A DNA stretch of 64,000 nt from Octopus sinensis (GCF_006345805.1 NC_043026.1:9362001-9426000); one strand, 5' to 3'; counted from the first letter of the stretch, positions 27,446 through 44,377 are shown. Translations and numbers: made by a program. The notes: a model not told the origin generated them from the letters alone.

Positions 27446-28786
27446 ATGGAAAAGTGTGAGAAACTAAAGGAACTGATTTTTCCAGAAGACAGAGAAAATG
27501 GAAGAGGAAAATTGTCACATGACTGTGATGTTTGTAAGAAGTCCTTCTTTCAAAAGGGCAGCTTGAATAGGCACAAACGCATTCATACAGGTGAAAAGCC
27601 ATTTCACTGTGAAATCTGTGGTAAATCATTTTCTGAAAACAGTGCTTTAACTTCTCACAAACGCATTCATACAGGAGAGAAGTCATTTGATTGTGACATT
27701 TGTGGTAAATCATTCTTTCAGAGTAGTAACTTGACTACACACAAACGTATTCATACAGGGGAGAAGCCTTATCAATGTGATATCTGTGGTAAATCATTCT
27801 CTGATCGAAGTGTTTTAAATCGTCACAAACGTATTCATACCCGGGAGAAGCCATTTCGGTGTGAAATCTGTGGTACATCATTCTCTGACCGAAGTACTTT
27901 AAATTCTCACAAACATATCCATACAGGGGAGAAGCCATATCTTTGTGGTGTCTGTGGCAAATCATGTTCTTCAGCCAGTAACTTCACCACACACAAGCGT
28001 ATTCATACTGGGGAGAAGCCATTTCATTGTAACATCTGTGGTAAATCATTTTCTGACAACAGCGCTTTAAATACTCATAAACGTATTCATACAGGAGAGA
28101 AGCCCTATCAATGCAACATCTGTAACAAATCATTCTCTGTAAATAGTAGCCTAACAAATCACAAACGTATTCATACAGGAGAGACACCATATCGCTGTGA
28201 GATCTGTGGCAAATCATTCTTTCAAAGTGGCCACTTAGTTTCTCACAAACGTTTCCATACAGGAGAGACACCATATCACTGTGGCATCTGTAACAAATCT
28301 TTCTCTGCCAGTAGTAACCTAATTACCCATAAACGTATTCATACAGGAGAGACACCATATCACTGTGATATTTGTGGTCTGTCATTTTCTGTAAGTAGTA
28401 CTTTAAAAAGTCACAAGCGTATTCATACAAGCGAGAAGCCATATCAGTGTGATGTCTGTAACAAATCTTTCTCTGCCAGCAGTAACCTAACTCAACACAG
28501 ACGTATTCATACAGGAGAGACACCATATTATTGTGATATCTGTGGTAAATCATTCGCTCAAGGTAGCAACTTAGCTTCTCACAAACGTTTACATACAGGA
28601 GAGACACCATATTCTTGTGATATCTGTGGTAAATCATTCTCTCAAGGTAGCAACTTAGCTTCTCACAAACGTATTCATACAGGAGAGAAACCATATCACT
28701 GCGACATCTGTGGTAAATCTTTCTCTCAAAGTAGCAACTTAGCTGCTCATAAACATGTTCATACTGTAAAGAAGCAATCCCATTAA
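27446..28786 (+). CDS. C2H2 ZNF gene E, 446 aa, 15 fingers
   Basis: Intact ORF starting [15 protein letters not shown] with 15 fingers. Acceptor at 27086-27087. Confidence 0.93.
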   Translation: MEKCEKLKELIFPEDRENGRGKLSHDCDVCKKSFFQKGSLNRHKRIHTGEKPFHCEICGKSFSENSALTSHKRIHTGEKSFDCDICGKSFFQSSNLTTHKRIHTGEKPYQCDICGKSFSDRSVLNRHKRIHTREKPFRCEICGTSFSDRSTLNSHKHIHTGEKPYLCGVCGKSCSSASNFTTHKRIHTGEKPFHCNICGKSFSDNSALNTHKRIHTGEKPYQCNICNKSFSVNSSLTNHKRIHTGETPYRCEICGKSFFQSGHLVSHKRFHTGETPYHCGICNKSFSASSNLITHKRIHTGETPYHCDICGLSFSVSSTLKSHKRIHTSEKPYQCDVCNKSFSASSNLTQHRRIHTGETPYYCDICGKSFAQGSNLASHKRLHTGETPYSCDICGKSFSQGSNLASHKRIHTGEKPYHCDICGKSFSQSSNLAAHKHVHTVKKQSH

Positions 28787-29783
28787 TATTTGTGATAAAT
28801 TATTCTGTATAACTGGTGACTTAAGCCTTTACCATGCAGATTATCCTGTCAAATGTGACGCTTATTTCTTTACAACATTGTCAGTTTATTACATATTATC
28901 TCAAAGCTTTCAAATTTTGTCAATGTGGTTCTCTTTCTCCTTTCTCCTTTCCTTGTTTCAGTCATTTGACTGCGGCCATGCTGGAGCACCACCTTTAATC
29001 GAGCAACTCGACCCTGGGACTTATTCTTTTGTAAGCCCAGTACTTATTCTATCGGTGTCTTTTGCCGAACTGCTAAGTGACGGGGACATAAGCACACCAG
29101 CATCGGTTGTCAAGCAATGCTAGGGGGACAAACACAGACACATAAACACAGACATACATATATACATATATATGATGGACTTCTTTCAGTTTCCGTCTAC
29201 CAAATCCACTCACAAGGCATTGGTCGGCCCGAGGCTATAGTAGAAGGCACTTGCCCAAGGTTCCACGCAGTGGGACTGAACCCAGAACCATATGGCTGGT
29301 AAGCAAGCTACTTACCACACAGCCACTCCTGGTTGTTCATTTTCAGAATGACATTGTAGGGTAGGTGTGAGAGGCTGAATCTGGCTAGATTGAACATAAA
29401 ATAGGTAGAATATTTGGGCCAGATATGGCTAGTAACACTAGAAGTACCAATATTTCTTACAAGGACCATAGGGGGCCATTTTTGACCCCCTTTGAAAATC
29501 GTTATTCAATCCAGTTTATTTTAAATTGGCTGTGTGGTAAGTAGCTTGCTTACGAACCACATGGTTCCGGGTTCAGTCCCACTGCATGGCACCTTGGGCA
29601 GGTGTCTTCTACTGTAGCCTCGGGCCAACCAAAGCCTTGTGCGTGGATTTGGAAGATGGAGACTGAAAGAAGCCTATTACCGGAGTAAGCACATAAATGT
29701 GAAACAAGGTGGAAAAAAGAGTACTCAAATACCAGGGGTAGAGTAATATGCTTTATTTAAAAGCAGCAGAAATATAACAAAAG

Positions 29784-29821
29784 CTGTTACTCGGAGTTTC
29801 ACGTTCCCGTTCGTCGGATAG
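29784..29821 (-). ncRNA. Minimal hammerhead ribozyme motif (left arm)
   Basis: CTAT-CCGACGA-ACG GGAA CGT-GAAA-CTC C GAG-TA-ACAG on the - strand. Stem II is perfect and stem I has one mismatch. Confidence 0.65.
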
Positions 29822-29851
29822 TTTTGTTAAATAGGTTCTATTTTAACAAAC

Positions 29852-29889
29852 CTGTCCGATGAATGGGAACGTGAAACTCCGAGTAACAG
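29852..29889 (+). ncRNA. Minimal hammerhead ribozyme motif
   Basis: CTGT-CCGATGA-ATG GGAA CGT-GAAA-CTC C GAG-TA-ACAG, in the right arm of inverted repeat 29751-29922. Confidence 0.7.
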
Positions 29890-30036
29890 CTTTTGTTATA
29901 TTTCCACTGCTTTTAAATAAAGTATATATATATATATATATATAAAGGGAAAGTTTACGAAAATAAACAAAAGACGAAGACAGGTGGTGTACAAAACAAA
30001 CAGATGTATTAGTATAACGCTCAGGAATTGAAAAAG

Positions 30037-30074
30037 TCTTTTACATTTCGAGCCTACGCTCCTCTACAGAAAGA
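30037..30074 (-). ncRNA. Degenerate minimal hammerhead motif in a PLE-like terminal fragment
   Basis: TCTTT-CTGTAGA-G-GAGC GTAG GCTC-GAAA-TG-TA-AAAGA. The core has an A6>U change. The same repeat family recurs without the motif at 53840-53925. Confidence 0.55.
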
Positions 30075-30142
30075 TACACAGAAAAAAACAAGGAGAGAAA
30101 AAAAATGTGTATAGTAGCTAACACACACATATAATATATACA

Positions 30143-31790
30143 CTGGTAGAGACACCTGGTGTTGCCCGGGAATGATATTGCTTGTCATATATTGTAAGAA
30201 ATAAGCAAAATATGTTGTATAGAAATTTATTCTAAATTCAATTTATTTTTTCAATTGGGAAATCAATTCTGAATTCATAATATAAAAAATAAAATAAAAT
30301 GATAAAAATAAAAAAAAGGGAAATACAAAATTTACCGCTTTTACGAAAGGAGATAAATTTTATAACATGTTGAAGGAAATTATGTAAGAGCTCCTGGGTA
30401 AACCTTCTGTGTTTTCTGGTTCGGAGCATAAACAAATGAGTCCTGCAAACTGCTAGCCCTGGTCCCACCAACATAAAGTTGACCATGAGAAAAGCAAGGC
30501 TCAGTTAAGTGCAAGCCAGTAGATTCCAAAGTCTGATCTTGAGCTTTATTAATTAGACATTGCAAAGCAAGGTCACACTGGGAGTTGTGTTCGTTTGAAC
30601 TGAAAGGACATGTCTGTTGATTTGATTGGAATTCTTGGAGTGAAAACCTCTTCCCCAGAAGTACATCCAGTGATGATGGTAGCTCCCATCAAATTGGGTG
30701 ATAATGTCTTCACAATCAACCTTGTCCCATTGCGTAATTTAGGAGGATCTCAATTTGTCAGCAGTATTTTGGGGACTCCTACCTTCAGAAAAAGTTTACG
30801 TGGAGGAGTTCCAGGTGGTTCAAGAGAATTAAGGAATTCTGTTGGGTAATGGACAGCTTGATTTCCATCAAGGACTGAATCAACTGATTCGTACTCCTTA
30901 AAGACTGTTGGAATCTTATTCATGAATTCATGGTTAATCCTTGCTACTGTCTCGTTTTGGAGAGTAAGAATTGTCCTTTCACTCAACCATTTCTATGAAT
31001 TATAATTATTACTTAAGTCTGGAAATACCCTGTTCTTCAATTCAGCTGGGGAATTCCCCACGATAGCAATATGAGCCAAATTGAGCTCACCATTCCTATC
31101 AAATGGTACTTTACCATTTTCTTATTGGAGGAGAAAACTGTTCTGCACATTGGTCCCCGTCTAATAAAGCCCACACGTTAGTAATTGAAGGAGAATTTCT
31201 GTACTTTATTCCATAGGTGTGAAGACTTAAAGCATGCTTTTATTTCATCAGATCTTGTTTGTCTCAGAATGACTGGTAATGTCTGTCTGAAGTCTCCCGA
31301 TGAAAATAATGTAAATCCTTCCCGTAGAGTTATTGTTGCCTCTTATGTCCTGTAAGGTCTTATAAAGATCTGCCATTGCACCTCCATGTGACACGGTGCA
31401 TTCATCCCACATGATCAGGTGGCATTGGTGCAACACTTGTGCTGAGCCTGAACCTTTGCTTATGTTCCAAATTGGTCTGTCGTTGGGAACTGGGTTTAGC
31501 AGTAATTTAAAAGCAGAATGAGTAGTTTGCCCTCCTGGGAGAATGGTGGCATCAATGCCAGACAATGCTACAGCAACTGCAATTCTTTTTTGCTGCCTTA
31601 ACCTTGGAGAGAAGCAATGTTGCAAATGTTTTACCTGTGCCAGCAGCAGCATCAAGAAGGAAAATTCCTCCTCTTTTTCTCTGACTCACGAAATTATTTT
31701 ATTGTATGCACAACGTTATTCTGGAAGAAGTTTTGCTTCATGTTCATTCACAAATGCAGCCAAGTCTGTGATGTCACAATCTATCTCTCT
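30143..31790 (-). mobile_element. Decayed Helitron: PIF1-like helicase fragments and 3' end
   Basis: Motifs include Walker A (LDAAGTGKTF), SGIDATILPGGQTTHSAFK, WDECT, GDFRQTLPV, YPTEFLNSLEPPG, INKAQDQTL and FSHGQLYV. A degenerate 3' hairpin CCCGGGCAACACCAGG lies at ~30153-30169. Confidence 0.88.
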
Positions 31791-31859
31791 TGCTATGTTT
31801 CTGGCAGTGTTTCTACAGCTGGATGCCCTTCCTAACGCCAACTGCTCCGTGAGTGTAGT

Positions 31860-32330
31860 GGGTGCTTTTTACGTGTCACCGGCACAGGTGCCAGGCGAGG
31901 CTGGCAGACGGCCATGATTGGATGGTGCTTTTTACGTGTCACCGGCACAGGTGCCAGGTGAGGCTGGCAAACGGCCACGATTGGATGGTGCTTTTTACGT
32001 GCCACTGGCAAGGGAACCAGGCGAGGCTGGCAAACGACCACGATCGGATGGTGCTTTTTACGTGCCACTGGCAAGGGAACCAGGCGAGGCTGGCAAACAA
32101 CCACGATCGGATGGTGCTTTTTACGTGCCACTGGCAAGGGAACCAGGCGAGGCTGGCAAACGGCCACGATTGGATGGTGCTTTTTACGTGTCACCGGCAC
32201 AGGTGCCAGGGGAGGCTGGCAAACGACCACGATCGGATGGTGCTTTTTACATGCCACTGCCATGGGGGCCAGGCGAGGCTGGCAACAGCCACGATCAGAC
32301 TGGTGCATTTTACGTGTCACCAGCACGGAA
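31860..32330. repeat. 63-bp minisatellite x ~7.5 inside a (CAT)n-tailed interspersed repeat
   Basis: GATGGTGCTTTTTAC recurs at 31921, 31984, 32047, 32110, 32173 and 32236. Confidence 0.92.
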
Positions 32331-35300
32331 GTTAAATCACTATTTTGATAGTTTGCATTTGGCAACCCTGAGAATTAAGTTTCGTGATACAATCTACATC
32401 ATCTGGAGGATATTCAAAGAAAATTTCATTCAGAAATATGTTTTTGCTGAAAACTAAGATGCAACATGGCCAACTTATTTATATCTTGCAAATTTCTTTA
32501 CTCCGACCCTCGGAAAATTTTTTTGTATAAACACATTCTGAGATAATCAGAATCTATACCATCTCCATCTGAATCATATTCGTAGAAAATTACATTAAAA
32601 AATATCAATTTTTATGGAAGTTGTGAAGAAATACAGTAGGGCAGGACATTCATGTGTAAGTATGCTGGGATTCGAACTCAAAACCCAAAGACCGACAAAA
32701 TGATGCTCTCTCTCTCTCTCTCTCTTTTACTTGTTTCAGTCATTTGACTGTGGCCATGCTGGAGCACCGCCTTTACTCGAGAAAATGTACTGCGGGACTT
32801 ATTCTTTGTAAGCCCAGTACTTATTCTATCGGTCTCTTTTTGCTGAACTGCTAAGTGACGGGGATATAAACACACCATCATTGGTTATCAAGCAATGCTA
32901 GGGGGACAAACACAGACATGCACACACATACATATATACGACGAGCTTCTTTCAGTTTCCGTCTACCAAATCAACTCACAAGGCTTTGGTTGGCCCAGGG
33001 CTATAGTAGAAGACACCTGCCCAAGGTGCCACGCAGTGGGACTGAACCCGGAACCATGTGGTTGGTTAGCAAGTAAGGCGACGTGGGTACCATGAAATAA
33101 AACAAATAAACATTGTTTATAAAGAAATATTCACTCTTAATGCAACATGAATACTTCAATAAATGAATTTGCCATTACTATCACTACATTCAAGAAAGAA
33201 TAAATTATTTAAATAAAGTGTATTATAGGCGTAGGAGTGTCTGTGTGGTAAGTAGCTTGCTTACCAACCACATGGTTCCGGGTTCAGTCCCACTGCGTGG
33301 CATCTTGGGCAAGTGTCTTCTACTATAGCCTCGGGCCGACCAAAGCCTTGTCAGTGGATTTGGTAGACAGAAACTGAAAGAAGCCCGTCATATATATATA
33401 TGTGTGTGTTTGTCCCCTTAGCATTGCTTGACAACCGATGCTGGTGTGTTTACGTCTCCGTTACTTAGAGGTTCAGCAAAAAGAGACCGATAGAATAAGT
33501 ACTGAGCTTACAAAGAATAAGTCCCGGGGTTGATTTGCTCGACTAAAGGCGGTGCTCCTGCATGGCCGCAGTCAAATGACTGAAACGAGTAAAGAGTATA
33601 TAATTGCCATTAGTGTTTTGATAAATAAAACAGAAGCCTGTGTATGAAACTGGTCTTTTTCCTACTTCAGTTATTTCATTTTTCTCTTATAAAATACACA
33701 CATACAGGAGGGGTAAACTATACATATAATAATACTCTGAATGGGGCTCTCAAGAATGAATAAAAGCAATTACCCAATTAATGACAGGTATTACTACGAG
33801 TAGTTTATAGACATATACACACACAAAGGAACCATCCAAACGTGGCTGCTGCCAGCGCAGCCCGTCTGTCCTCTGTGCAGGTTGCACGTAAAAAGCACCA
33901 TCCGATTGTAGCCATTGCCAGCCTCGTCTGGCCTCCGTGCTGGTGGCACATAAAAGCACCCACTACACTAACGGAGTGGTTGGCATTAGGAAGGGTATCC
34001 AGCCGTAGAAACTTTGTCAGATCAGACTGGGCCTGGTGCAGCCTTCTGACTTCCCAGACCCCAGTTGAACCGTCACAAATTTTAATGAACTCTATTTGGA
34101 ACAGTGGAAGTTGAAATTCTGTAGCATTGGTTGTGAGTCAACTGTGGCTGGTTCATCTTGATGTAGCTGTGTGTTGGTTATGCATTCACTGGTCTAGTCT
34201 GTCTGCCTGGAGTTACCGAATACAAAAGAATGACAAGAAGAACCAGGTAAATTCAATGCAACTATTATTTATTACAACCCCTTATAAAAATACATGGCAA
34301 ATGTCTTACATATTGTGAAGTAACAGGTTTGGCAAGTTTTAACGAACTCTAACTGGAACAGTGGGAGTTGTATCATAGTTGAAATTCTGTAGCATGTTCA
34401 TGGTTTGGTTCTGTGTTTTGGGCAGCATCAGTTGTTGTGATCTGTCCGTGGCTGTAGAGGAAGTACAAGTTTACCAGGCCAGAGAGAGAGAGAGATCAGG
34501 AATGAAGACAGAAACGGGTGTGCTGGCACAAAGGAGATACATGGTTACACAGCCTGAGGGAAATGCAGGAGAAGGAGATAGAGGGTGGGAGACAACACGA
34601 TGGAGATAGTGGCAAAATGATGGGCGTATTCACTAGGGGGGGGGATCAGAACATAAATGGGGATGGTTGAGTAAAGGAAGAAAGAGATATAGATGGTGCC
34701 AAGTGCCAGGCCATACCCTTCAGGTTCAAACGTCATAATATAAGGGACAGGATACTGCATAGGTGGCGAGCTGGCAGAAACGTTAGGCTCTGAGTTCAAA
34801 TTCCGCCGAGTTCGACTTTGCCTTACATCCTTTTGGGGTCGATTAAATAAGTACCAGTTACGCACTGGGGTCGATGTAATCGATTTGATCCGTTTGTCCC
34901 CTCTGTGTTTAGCCCCTTGTAGGTAGTAAAGAAATAGGTATTTCGTCTGCCATTACATTCTGAGTTCAAATTCCGCCGAGGTCGACTTTGCTTTTCATCC
35001 TTACGGGGTCGATTAAATAAGTACCAGTTACGCACTGGAGTCGATGTAATCGACTTAATCCCTTTGTCTGTCCTTGTTTGTCTCCTCTGTGTTTAGCCCC
35101 TTGTGGGTAGTAAAGGAATAGGATACTGCAAAGGAAGCATGATTAGAGTGTAGGGTGTGTTGAGTGATGACAACCTGGGTATTATAAAGGGTCAGGGGGC
35201 GACCGGAGAGCAATGATACAGAGGAACAGCACCATGAGGGAAGGATTGGGGGAGTGAGAGGTAGGCATAGTCTATGGAAGGAATGTGAAGAAGAGATGTA

Positions 35301-36037
35301 GATTGGTTTGTTGGGGGTAGGGTGTGTAAAAAGTTTTCTTGTTACATGTGGGTGGAACACATAGGTTGAGGGCAAGCCAATAGCAATAATACAGTAAGAC
35401 AGGGAATGGGGGTGGAACAGACAGGTCAGGACTAGCGGAGAGCAATGCTACAGTGAGACAGGGCAGGACTGTATTTAAAATATCCGATCGTGGCCGTTTG
35501 CCAGCCTCGTGTGGCACCTGTGCAGGTGGCACGTAAAAAGCACCCACTACACTCACAGAGTGGTTGGCATTAGGAAGGGCATCAAGCTGTAGAAACACTG
35601 CCAGATCAGAGGGCCTGGTGCAGCCAACTGGCTTCCCAGACCCCAGTTGAACCGTCCAACCCATGCTAGCATGTAAAGCGGACGTTAGATGATGATGATG
35701 AAATATTTTCAATGGCAGTCAATAATGGCCCCTTATGGTCCTTGTGAGAAGTAAGAAGTGTTGGTACATCTAGTGTCCACTCTTTAGAATTTAAACCAGC
35801 CATATCTGGCCCAAATATTCTACCTATTTTATGATCAAGGTAGTTAGAGTCGGCTTCTTACACCTACCCTACAATGTCATTGTGAAAATACACAATCATA
35901 TCATCAAAACTTGAAAGCTGTGGGTGAATGTATGACAAATTGAAAATAATGGGAATAAATAACCCTCACATTCGACAGAATAATCTGCATGGTAAAGGGT
36001 TCAGTCACCCCTTACAGATTATGATTTAGCACAAATA

Positions 36038-37708
<1,671 letters not shown>

Positions 37709-37730
37709 TATTTTTCTTTGAAAATCACAA

Positions 37731-37783
<53 letters not shown>

Positions 37784-38325
37784 TCTTCTTGCTTCTATAG
37801 TCTTTTTTGCAAGTATTTCGACTGCTGTATTTCTGTCCAGTGTTACCTTTGTCCCAAAACTCGTTAGTAAATTTATCCAAGTTTAATTTGCAAAGATACT
37901 CATCTTGTAGACACTCCAGTCAGTGATGTCCAAAAGGTTTGCTAATAACACATTTCAGAGTAAATATATCAGAGGAATTCCACCACAGATTCATAGAAAC
38001 AATCTTATATATCTGTTCTGTACAATATTTCCATTTTGGTCTTTAAAAGATGATAAATAATGAGAATGTATCTTCAGTTATGCCAATGTCATCTGATATT
38101 CTGAAATAATAAAGAAACAACAGTGTAAGATATAGAGGCTACTTAAAAAAATACAGATTCAACATTTCCATAAAGATAAACTCTAGAAATAAACATTTAC
38201 CTGAACAACAGAACTTTTTAATTTATTAAGATTTACATCAGAAAATCTTGTGTGAAGTTAACATATTTCTAAATTCCAGTTACACATTCTTATTGCACAA
38301 CATTTATAAATGTGTGTGTGTGTAT

Positions 38326-38383
<58 letters not shown>

Positions 38384-39125
38384 AAAAAGTACCATCCGAG
38401 CATGGCTGTTTGCCAGAACCGTCTGGCACGTAAAAAGCACCCACTACACTCACGGAGAGGTTGGCGTTAGGAAGGGCATCCAGCCATAGAAACTTTGCCA
38501 GATCAGACTGGGCCTGGTGCAGCCTTCTGGCTTCCCAGACCCCAGTTGAACCGTCCAACCCATGCTAGCATGGAAAACGGATGCTAAATGATGATGATGA
38601 TGATGATAGTGTGAAATTTATGAAAGTGAAGTTTGAAATGTGGTTGAGTTTATACTTTGCTTGATGAATAGGGGAATTATAGACCTCTTGTTTAAATGCC
38701 TACAAAAAGTACATCAGCTAAGCAAATGGACTTCCCTAAATGCATTGAAACCATTATAACAGAATCACTGTTTCAGGAAATTATCGTCGTTCAAAGACAA
38801 CAAAATAATAATAATTCGTTCGTTTAATGGCCACAAGAGCTAACAAAAATCAATTAAAACATAAAGGGACAAAACACAGGACGAAAGTTACAAAGGGTTT
38901 TGTCCGTAACTATGTAGAAACGAAAATGAAAAAAAAAAAAAACTGCGCTAACGACCCGGGGGTGGGGGACTTTCGGAAAATTTACAAGATCCGATTTTTC
39001 CGTCATAAGTTAGGGTAAAATGGATTGCGAGGATGATCCGGTTCTTGACTGAAGAAGGCTTCCAATGACCCGTCCGTGTTTTTTGTATCGTCTATTTGGA
39101 TGTTTTGCGTTCTTGTCCCATTTTG

Positions 39126-39169
<44 letters not shown>

Positions 39170-39329
39170 CTTTTGTTTTTTACGGAATCCCACTTTTTGG
39201 TTATGGAGGATCCGATTCTGAAAAAACTTTTTTTGAAAAATCGCATTTTCAAAATTTCATTTACCACCAGCCTCTTCACTTTTCACTTGAAAAAAAAACA
39301 AAACAAACAAACATATTTTTGCCCTTAAA

Positions 39330-40055
39330 AACGATGGGAGAAACCTTTTCGGTAACAAAAACATAAAATATTGTAAATATTTTCAAAGGAAAAAGTGTGA
39401 TTTAAGGGAGATTTGGCTGTTGTTTCTAGCACGTCCTAAGACAACCCTCCTCGTTTCACTTTCCCATCTTTTGAAGTTTTTCTCTTCATAAACACATTTA
39501 TGATTTTTTTTCAACCCTATTCTTCGCCCCTGGTTGCTTCTGTTTGCGATTTAAGATATCGGTGAGTCTGAGGCCGTTTCTGGCATTTATCCACAATGAA
39601 AACACAGAACGTGGGAAAATGATGGAAAGTGTAGAAGGTAGCCTCCATAGCTAGAAATAGCAGCCAAAGGTCGCACGAATCAAAGGACATCTGAGACAGG
39701 AAGTATTTAGAAATTAAATAGTTTAATACTTACGGAAATGGTCTTAAAAAGGATGGTGTTGTTGTTAGAAGTGCGCCAGGTGGTTGAGAAATGTATTATA
39801 AATGTGTTTGGGAGTGAATTGAGAGAAATTCCGACTGAAATCAAGTTTGTTAAAATGAATGAATGGAGGCGGAAATACGCTTAGTGCGCATGCGTATGAA
39901 ATACTGTTTTTCTTCTTTTTTCTTTTGTTTTTTAAAGATTTTGGTAGAAAACCAGAAATTTCGGGGAGGGTCAAGTGTCAGTCGATTTCATGGACCCGAG
40001 TAGTCAACTGGTATTTATTTTATTGAACCCTAGCAGAAAAGGTGAAAGGCAAAGT
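39330..40055. promoter_or_regulatory. Cassette copy 3 (between F and G)
   Basis: GTGAGT at 39562(+), GTAAGT at 39733(-) and NRF1-like site at 39885-39896. Confidence 0.6.
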
Positions 40056-40059
40056 TTAT

Positions 40060-40970
40060 GGATCTTTTCTGTTTGAACGGCAGTTTTAACATAATTTCTA
40101 GGTAACTAAAAAGTTTTAAACTTCGTATACTGGTAGAATGTGTTACATAAAACATCTTTTCTTGTTGGCTTCATTGAGAAAATTCTGTAGTTTGTAAGAT
40201 ATTTCGTCTTTAATTTCTTGCATTTCGACAATTTAACCAATCACTCACGTCTATTGAGGTAAAAAAATATTCTGTGCCGTATGAATATGTCCCCGTTTAA
40301 GAAACAGATTGGGGATCTTTTGTTTGAACGGCAGTTTTTAACATAATTTCTAGGTAACTAAAAACTTTTAAACTTCGTATACTGGTAGAATGTGTTACAT
40401 AAAACATCTTTCCTCTTGGCTTCATTGAGAAAATTCTGTAGTTTGTAAGATATTTCGTCTTTAATTTCTTGCATTTCGGCATTTTAACCAATCACTCACG
40501 TCTATTGAGGTAAAAAAATATTCTGTGCCGTATGAATATGTCCCCCGTTTAAGAAACAGATTGGGGATCTTTTGTTTGAACGGCAGTTTTTAACATAATT
40601 TCTAGGTAACTAAAAAGTTTTAAACTTCGTATACTGGTAGAATGTGTTACATAAAACATCTTTTCCTCTTGGCTTCATTGAGAAATTCTGTAGTTTGTAA
40701 GATATTTCGTCTTTAATTTCTTGCATTTCGGCAATTTTAACCAATCACTCACGTCTATTGAGGTAAAAAAATATTCTGTGCCGTATGAATATGTCCCCCG
40801 TTTAAGAAACAGATTGGGGATCTTTTGTTTGAACGGCAGTTTTTAACATAATTTCTAGGTAACTAAAACTTTTAAACTTCGTATACTGGTAGAATGTGTT
40901 ACATAAAACATCTTTTCCTCTTGGCTTCATTGAGAAAATTCTAGAGTTTGTAACATGTTTGTAAGATATT
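40060..40970. repeat. Paralogous ~252-bp tandem repeat x ~3.6
   Basis: Same unit at ~40060, 40313, 40565 and 40818. Confidence 0.9.
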
Positions 40971-41061
40971 CTCTTCAACGGCCGTTTTTTCTACAGATAG
41001 AGAAAATAGGGGGTCTACGAAATTGTCATATCTGCCCCCAATATGAAGAGTATCAGTACCA

Positions 41062-41405
41062 GTGCTCAATACCAAGAAGCCTGAATCCAGTTGCAACCCA
41101 GTATCCTGTCCACTTGACCAAAGATGTATGACTAAATCTATCGTATATAAGACAGACGTTACTGCAACCCTAAATAATAATACAACTAATAAGAAGGCCT
41201 CTGTTGGATTACGTGGAGGAGAATTTAAAAATCGCTCTTCCAATCACATAGGGACAAAAATAAAGTTGACGAACTTCATATGGACCCTGAAAGATAACGA
41301 AACATTGCATGTGATTAAATGGAAAGTAATTGAGAAATCCCTACCTTATGTGAAGGGATTGCATAATTGTAGACATTGTTCAGCTGAAAGGGCACCGATT
41401 CTTAT
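41062..41405 (+). mobile_element. Decayed Penelope-like GIY-YIG fragment (segmental-duplicate copy)
   Basis: Near-identical to 24727-25095. Confidence 0.8.
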
Positions 41406-42924
41406 TTCTTTATTGCCCACAAGGAGCTAAACATAGTGGGGACACAAACAAGGACAAAGGGATTAAGTTGATTACATCGACCCCAGTGCATAACTGGTAC
41501 TTAATTTATCGACCCCCAAAAGGATGAAAGGCAAAGTTGACCTTGGCGGAATTTGAACTCAGAACGTAGTGGCAGACAAAGTACCGCTAAGCATTTTGCC
41601 TGGCGTGCTAACGTTTCTGCCAGCTCGCCGCCTTAAAGGGCACAGATTCTGTTAAGCTCTACGATCTGTACCCCTCTATTGAACTCCAGGTGAGAAATTT
41701 TCAGTGATCGCAAGCATATGTATAAATATATTTTGAAGAATTGGAAAATTCTGCCTATTCCTGACTCACTTGACATTTTCCATCCTTATCGTTTAAGGAG
41801 GATAGCTCTTTTACCTTTTTACATTTTGGTTTCTGTTTTTCAATTTCCATTGTTTACTGCCTGCATTTTCTGTATGCTCCCTCCACATTTTCCCGTTTCT
41901 TCTCTTATTCAATTTCTTTAGTTTGTTATGATACATGGTTTATGCCTGAAGAATATGTTTCAGGTTTCTAAAGCATATGGAGCTGTTAGTAGCGCTTTAA
42001 TAGTATACTGTGACCTTTAAATAAATTATATACACACGCAAACACAGATATGGCTCTAGCTCAATCACAAGTATTTTCTACAATAGCTTCTGGCTGACCA
42101 AAGCCTTGTGAATGGATTTGGGAGATGGAAACTGAAGGAAGCCCAATGTATATGTGTGTGTGGGTATGTTGTCCTCCCACCCCTTCAACACTTGACAAGC
42201 AGTGTTGGTGTGTTATGTCCCCATACCTGTGGTTTGGCAAAAGTGGCTGATTGAATAAGTGCTAAGCTCAAAAAATAAGTCCTAGCATTGATTCTAGTGA
42301 CTGAAGCCTTTAAAGTTGGTGCTCCAGCATGACCGCAGTCAAAACAACTGAAACCAGTAAAAAAGTGTGTGTGTGTGTGTATTTACGAATGTGGAGCTGG
42401 AGTTTAGAAATATGTTAGCTTCAAACAGGATTTTGTGATGTAAATATTAATAAATTAAAAAGTTCTGTTGTTCAGTTAAATGTTTATTTCTAGAGTTTAT
42501 CTCTATGGAAATGTTGAATCTGTATTTTTTAAGTAGCCTCTATATCTTACACTGTTGTTTCTTTATTATTTCAGAATATCAGATGACATTGGCATAACTG
42601 AAGATACATTCTCATTATTTATCATCTTTAAAGACCAAAATGAAAATATTGTACAGAAGAGATATATAAGATTGTTTCTATAAATCTGTGGTGGAATCCT
42701 CTGATATATTTACTCTGAAATGTGTTATTAGCAAACCTTCTGGACATCACTGGCTGGAGTGTCTACAAGATGAGTCTGTTTGCAGATTGAACGTGGATAA
42801 ATTTAGTTGTTTTGTGACAAGGTAACAGTGGCAGAAATACAACAGTTGAAATATTTGTAAACAAAAGACTAGAAGCAAAAAGAATAATAAAAGAAGGTAT
42901 ATTTGTGAAGTTGAAGGAAAAATA

Positions 42925-43761
<837 letters not shown>

Positions 43762-44377
43762 TATTTGTGCTAAATCATAATCTCTAAGGGGTTACTGAAA
43801 CCCTTTACCATGCAGGTTATTCTGTCGAATGTGAGGGTTATTTATTCACATTATTTTCAATTTGCCATCCATTAGCTTACAGTTTTCAAGTTTTGATGAT
43901 GTGGTTGTGTATTTTCAGAATGGCATCGTATGGTAGGTGCAAGAGGCTGAGTCTGGCTATGTGCTATGTTAAAGGGATGTATTGATAAAGGTTTAGTAAA
44001 ATTCTATCAATTAGAAAAAAGATATTTAATTTTAATTCTCAAATTTTTATCAATTTTTGCGTGACATTAAAGGGACACTACTCATATATGAACTTAGGCG
44101 CGCACACACAGACACAAGAGACAAAAGACAATACAAAGAGTTTTCAAATTGAGTAAACAGGAAATAACATTAAAAGAAGAAGAAATTGTTTGTAGGCGCA
44201 GGAGTGGCTGTGTGGTAAGTAGCTTGCTTACCAACCACATGGTTCCGGGTTCATTCCAACTGCGTGGCACTTTGTGCAACTGTCTTCTACTATAGCCTCA
44301 GGCATACCACAGCCTTGTGAGTGGATTTGGTAGACGGAAACTGAAAGAAGCCCGTCGTATATATGTATATATAGATA

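Noticed and set aside
31832-32457. Three overlapping ORFs with 21-aa repeats
   Set aside because: They are a by-product of a stop-free 63-bp minisatellite within an interspersed repeat.
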